From the NCBI GenBank assembly GCA_951406725.2, contig OX597818.1:60450001-60514000 (forward strand): a stretch of 64,000 nt of DNA. Direction: 5' to 3'. Within the stretch, counting starts at the first letter, position 1; every line of letters begins with the position of its first letter. A program made the translations under genes and the position numbers. The notes beneath the pieces were generated by a model. That model was not told where the DNA came from and searched no databases. It saw only the letters and a program-made list of their open reading frames with translations. Shown here piece after piece: positions 58,313 through 64,000 of the stretch. This DNA comes from Octopus vulgaris (taxonomy: Eukaryota).

Positions 58313-58870
58313 TCGTGTTTACGAATATGTGTGTAACTGCTTGTCTGTTAATCGTCTATGTATGTGTGTTACCCTGTTAATGCTTGCGGTTGCTCTATGA
58401 ATGAGTGTGTGTGTGTGCGCGTGTCTGTGTATCATCATGTTTACAAATGTGTGTGTGTGTGTGTGTGTAACTGCGTGTCTGTAATCATCTGTGTATACGT
58501 ACTACTATATATTGATGTACTAGTGTGTATGTGTTTGTATGTGTGTGTGTGATCGTGTTTACGAATATATGTGTAACTGCGTGTCTATAATCGTCAGTGT
58601 GTGCGTGTTACTCTGCGTCAGTGTGTGTGCATCATTTTGTGCACAAATGTGTATGCGTGTCACTGTTTATATATAATCGTCTGTGTATGCGTGTTACTAT
58701 GTATTAGTGTTTGTGCGTATGTGTGTGTGTATATGTATGCGTGTTTGTGTGTATGCGTGTGTGTATGAATGTGTATGTGTGGGACTGAATCTGTAACTGT
58801 CTGTGCGTGTCTGTGCGTGTTACTCTGTTAGTGTATGCGTGAGTATATGTGTGTTTGCATGTGTCTGTTA
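57740..58870. repeat. TG-rich minisatellite with variable-length units
   Basis: Recurring gatc(g/a)tgtttacgaat...gtaactgcgtgtctgtaatcgtctg...tactatg, about 8 copies. Confidence 0.85.
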
Positions 58871-58905
58871 GTAACTTTGCGTGTCACTCTGCACGTGTGT
58901 GTGTA

Positions 58906-58956
<51 letters not shown>

Positions 58957-59034
58957 GTGTGTGTGAGTGCAGTTCTGTTTGCCAGTAATCATGATTCCAA
59001 TGTATTGAGGTTTGATTATCGATAGAATGGCATA

Positions 59035-59189
59035 GGATGATGATGAGGATGATGATAATGATGAGGATGAGGAGGAGGAGGAAGAGGAAGGATGAGGAGG
59101 ATCGCTGTGTGGTGACAGAGGCTGTGGCGGTGGTGCCGGTGCTGGTAAGGACGATGATTAGGGGAGGTAGATTAAGTTGATGTCGGCGT

Positions 59190-59228
<39 letters not shown>

Positions 59229-59288
59229 CAGTGATGATGATGATGATGATGATGATGTTGACGATGATGATGATGATGGTGGTGGTGG

Positions 59289-59338
<50 letters not shown>

Positions 59339-59374
59339 GTGTGGTGGTGATGATGATGATGATGATGGTGGTGG

Positions 59375-59410
<36 letters not shown>

Positions 59411-59473
59411 CAGTGATGATGATGGTGATGGTAGAGGCATTGGTGGTGGTGATGATAATGCTGCTGCTGTTGC

Positions 59474-59531
<58 letters not shown>

Positions 59532-59566
59532 AAGACGATGCTAATGATGACGAAGGTGAAGAAGAT

Positions 59567-59617
<51 letters not shown>

Positions 59618-59620
59618 ATT
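59035..59620. repeat. Compound (GAT)/(GGT)/(TAG) array
   Basis: Direct reading. Confidence 0.95.
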
Positions 59621-60125
59621 GGACATGTTAATGATAATTACGATGGTGCTGATGAAGAAATGAAGTGAAAGAACGACATCAACAGCAACGCGATGAATTT
59701 AAAGAATTAGGAGATGGAAAATAAAAAATAAAAAAAAATAACAACAAATATACACATACATACATATATAAACAAAAGTCGTCTTTGATATTTGTTTACA
59801 AATGAGCTAATTGGGAGTCTTCTCGTTAATTTGTTACGCAAAAACAAGCGTTTGTAATGCCGCCTGCAATCACGGGACTCGAGGACTTTCAAGAGTGCAG
59901 AATTGCAGGACGAAGAGGTTTGTTAGACTCGTTGACTGTTCAACTCTTGAACTGTGGGACGGAATGTCTACTGAACTCTAACAATCACCCCTCTCATTCT
60001 CCCTCCCTCCATACACACACACACACACATATACATACATATATATACATATATACATATATATACATATATACATACACACATACACATATTTATATAT
60101 ATATATATGTATGTATATATATATA

Positions 60126-60209
<84 letters not shown>

Positions 60210-60446
60210 CATATACACAAATACATATATATATTTAAAGTGAGAGATTGAGATATCTGTATATATGCATGAATATACATACGCGCGCACACACACACAC
60301 ATATATATGCTCATCTCTCTCTCTCTCTCATATATATGTGTATATATATATATACATATATACATATATATATATATATACATATACACACATATATATA
60401 TACATATATACATATATACATATACATACATATATATATATATAAT

Positions 60447-60508
<62 letters not shown>

Positions 60509-61649
60509 CGTATATACATTCATAAAGATAGATAGATAGATAGATAGACAGATAAGTCAAATTTTTTAACTAAAATTCTTCATTAAACAATATGATGTCA
60601 ATTTTTCTCTCATTTCATGAAATTAAGTTGTTAAAATTCTTGTGATGGCCGTTGCCGCCATTGTTGTTTCTGATTCTAATACTTCTCCCGGCTTTGAAAC
60701 CCTTCTCATCGAAAAGGGCCTATTGTCAAATTGGGTCTCCTGGATGACCAGTACATCACATCTCTTCAAAGGTACCCGTTCTGGTCATAACTTGCTATTT
60801 AAAAAGACACTGCATCGAGATGCACAATATCCAAAGTGTTTCTCTATTTTGACGACAGTGAGCTGTGATACTATTCAAATATTCTGACCATTTCTTGTAG
60901 GTCGTCTGTGCAATAACAGATTCCGTTTTAGAGATTGTTATTGTTGTTGTTGTTGTTGTTGTATATCCTTTGGGTGTGACAAAGATGTAGTAAATGACTC
61001 CCCTTTATAAATGTCCTGTTCACAGGAATGTAACTAAAAGGAAATTCAACAAGAAAGTGTCTCTCTCACTCTATGAATCTCTGCTCATTACCATCTTTAA
61101 GAATGCTTGGTGCCGTGTAAATAAGCTCTTAAGTATAGATAAAATCCCCAAGTGGTTTAAATGCACAAATCTCCGTTATCCAAATGGTTAAAAAGTATCA
61201 GGAGAAGATCACTCAGCAGTCATGACCTGGAGGCGGCCGTGCTCACTTAAAGTGTAAGAAATTAAGGAGCGAAATACTTGTGTGAAGGAGGGGTATCTTA
61301 TCTGAAGACTTTCTGTTGTTCAGCTCTCTTGAGAGTTTTTTACCACTAACACATGGTGATACAGGTTTGAGGTTTGGTTCCCTGCTTAACCGTCATTGTT
61401 ATAAGGCTACGAGTTCAGGCAACGAAAGATGTTTCCGGAATTCACCGAAAGTGGGGTGAATGATGAATCCATCCATAAAACAATCTTTACAACCAGGGCT
61501 CCGCATCGGTTTGTTATCACTCCTTTGCTAATGTTTGGTTGTGCAACTTCAACAACGAACTGGAGCGTGTGCCGTATGCAATGCAGGTTAGCAGTGCAGG
61601 GTGGCAGCAAGTAATTAAGTAAGTACAGTCCTGAGTTGTAGGTCTCTTA

Positions 61650-61872
61650 GGGTCAATTACCTGATTTCAGTAGCATACAAATTACCCAGATCACAACATT
61701 TCCCCTTCAACGAGACGCTCTTCTGTCGCACGGTTATGCATTCACGGCTGAGTTCACTGGAGCGAAGTGAAATGAAGTGCTTTCCACAAGAACACAACAC
61801 CACCCGGTCTAGGAATCGAAACTACAATGTTGTGAACGTGAATACTGCACCCTAACAACTCGGCCACGCGTC
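61650..61872 (-). mobile_element. Diverged SINE family D copy
   Basis: Minus strand gcgtggccgagttgttagggtg..gtttcgattcctagaccggg..gtgttcttgtggaaagcacttcatttcac. Confidence 0.6.
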
Positions 61873-62029
61873 TTTACAGCTGTGTGGTAAAACATGTGAA
61901 AGTAATGAAAACCATTCCAAATTGTGCCCATGTCTGGTGGATTCAGTCAATCTACCTGAAAAATGGCCAATCCAGTTTCTTACAACTCTCTGATATTGTG
62001 GAAATCTTTAGAACCAACCAATATGTTAA

Positions 62030-62620
62030 AAGCGGCTCTCCGAACAGTCGATCCGATCAACGGAACAGCATGCTCTTGAAATTAACGTGGAGGTGACTGA
62101 GCACTCTACAGACACGCATGCACTTAACACAACTCCCAGGGAGATTCAGTAAGACGCAGAATGTGGCACGTTCTGAGTTCAAATTCCGCCGAGGTCGACT
62201 TTGCTTTTCAACCTTTCGGGGTCGATAAATTAAGTACCAGTTACGCACTGGAGTCGATGTAATCGACTTAATCCGTGTGTATGTCCTTGTTTGTCCCCTC
62301 TGTGTTTAGCCCCTTGTGGGTAGTAAAGAAATAGGTATTTTGTCTGCCGTTACGTTCTGAGTTCAAATTCCGCCGAGGTCGACTTTGCCTTTCAACCTTT
62401 CGGGGTCGATAAATTAAGTACCAGTTACGCACTGGAGTCGATGTAATCGACTTAATCCGTTTGTCTGTCCCTGTTTGACCCATCTATGTTTAGCCCCTTG
62501 TGGGTAATAAAGAAAGAGAATGTGGCAAGGCCGATCATTCCAAACACAACTCATTTTTACCAGCTGAGTGGCTTGGAGCATTGTGAAATAAGCGCCATGC
62601 CGGGATTTGAACTCAGCGCG
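62030..62620 (-). mobile_element. SINE (family D-like, tail ii) interrupted by a family A dimer
   Basis: Host halves at 62030-62168 and 62517-62620. Confidence 0.65.
62169..62516 (+). mobile_element. 5'-truncated SINE family A dimer with 11-bp TSD
   Basis: agaatgtggca at 62158-62168 and 62517-62527. Confidence 0.88.
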
Positions 62621-62640
62621 CAGCCGTGATTTAATCTTTT

Positions 62641-63306
62641 ATTCTTCTATTCTTTAAATTTTTTCAGTCATTTGACTGCGGCCCTGCTGGAGCACCGCCT
62701 TTAGTCGAACAAGTCGGCACAAGGACTTATTCTTTGTAAGCCCAGTATTTATTCCATCGGTGTCTTTCACCGAACCGCCAAGTTACGGGGACGCAAACAC
62801 ACCAGCATCGGTTATCAAGCGATGTTGGGGGGGACAAACACATACATACAAACATATATATATATATATATATATATATGAGAAATGCGCAAAGCAATTA
62901 CTACCACAATTTTTAATCGTTCCAGTCTACCAATGTGCTATCGGAACACCAACACAAATTAGACTAAACAAGGAAACATTCTTCATTGAAAAATGCAAGT
63001 CCAAACTTAACCATTCCAAAATTCTTATACAGAGAAACTCACTCCAAAAAAAAGGCAAGAAATATTAAGCGATTATCTCCTTTACACCGGAAGAAATCAC
63101 TTATTACCTCCCCATATCTGGAACTCTTCTTCACACTTCTCAACGTAAACATAACGATGAAATAAATTTGAAAAGCTGAACGCGAAACCGGTCATTCCTT
63201 CAAAAACTATGTCATTGTAGGAAAAAAATTTATAACATTCTTCAGTCATAATGACTCAAATATATATTTTTTAATATATATTTGAGTTTTTTCACTTTTT
63301 ACTATT

Positions 63307-63358
<52 letters not shown>

Positions 63359-63512
63359 CGGGCTTCTTTCAGTTTCCGTCTACCAAATACACTCACAAGG
63401 CTTTGGGAGGCTTAAAGTAGAAGACACTTGCCCAAGGTGCCACACAGTGGGAATGAACCCGTAACTATGTGGTTGGTAAGCAAGCTACTTGCCACACAGC
63501 TACTCCTGCGCC
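62641..63512 (-). mobile_element. SINE family B split by a Penelope fragment
   Basis: 3' half at 62641-62855 and 5' half at 63357-63512. Confidence 0.85.
62879..63312 (+). mobile_element. Penelope-like element 3' fragment (same family as 47763-48451)
   Basis: EKCAKQLLPQFLIVPVYQCAIGTPTQIRLNKETFFIEK; HHR-like UUGAAAA GC ugaac GC GAAA CCGG UC at 63168-63193. Confidence 0.88.
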
Positions 63513-63799
63513 TGAGCGCAATTTGAACACAATGCGCAGCTGGGAAATGAACTCATAACCTTACGATCTTAAGCCGAATACCCTAACCACTAGGCCACGC
63601 GCTTTTACAAATATATTTTCTTTTCTTTTACCGTTAAAATATTCTGTTTATGAGAATATTATGGGTTCGATATCACCATGTATTACGTGGGGTGTGTTCT
63701 ACCACATCCATGAGTCGAGGAAAGCCTCATTGGTGGAATTTGGTAAACGGACATTGCATTCTACGCCATCGTGGGATTGTTCTTGTAATTTTTTCTCTT

Positions 63800-63990
63800 T
63801 TACTTGTTCCAGTTATTAGACTGCGGTCATGCTGGGGCACCGCCTTGAAGAATTTTTAGTAGAATGAATCCACCCCAGTATTTATTTCGTTAAAAACTTG
63901 GTACTTATTCTATCGGTCTGCTAAGTTACGGAGATATAAACACACCAACACCGGTTGTCAAGTACTGGTGGTGAACAAACCCAGACATAA
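63800..63990 (-). mobile_element. SINE family B 3' half
   Basis: gactgcggtcatgctggggcaccgcc...ctaagttacggagatataaacacacc. Confidence 0.75.
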
Positions 63991-64000
63991 ATATATATAT

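Noticed and set aside
59888-59952. Hairpin ttcaagagt...actcttgaa as a miRNA candidate
   Set aside because: Only 9 contiguous base pairs; the interior pairs poorly
60640-60800. Minus-strand KRCDVLVIQETQF, similar to an APE endonuclease motif
   Set aside because: Single short motif without supporting downstream motifs; possibly a LINE relic but not supportable

Overview
AT-rich eukaryotic DNA saturated with microsatellites ((TA)n, (CA)n, (TAA)n, (CATA)n, (GATA)n, (GAT)n) and short retroposons. The repeat repertoire looks like a coleoid cephalopod, most likely Octopus; this is an inference from recalled repeat families, not a database result. I find no intact host protein-coding gene, and almost all listed ORFs are microsatellite or SINE artefacts. 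The recognisable coding remnants all come from transposons: three R4/Dong-type RLE retrotransposon 3' ends inside (TAA)n, two Penelope GIY-YIG fragments, a Penelope-like ORF remnant, RTE-type LINE fragments, a mariner fold-back derivative and a pogo transposase relic. Non-coding DNA elements include a non-autonomous Helitron and a MITE. The most interesting signal is a microsatellite-centred retroelement community. (i) About 16 hammerhead-ribozyme (HHR)-like motifs sit in small Penelope-type elements, five with a compensatory U3-A8 core. (ii) A TSD-flanked element with a 350-bp period resembles a retrozyme. (iii) A tRNA-headed element carries an HHR-like core. (iv) A (TAA)n landing pad holds stacked Dong-like elements and a non-coding partner. 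(v) One SINE family inserts as head-to-tail multimers. All coordinates were read by eye and may be off by a few bases.
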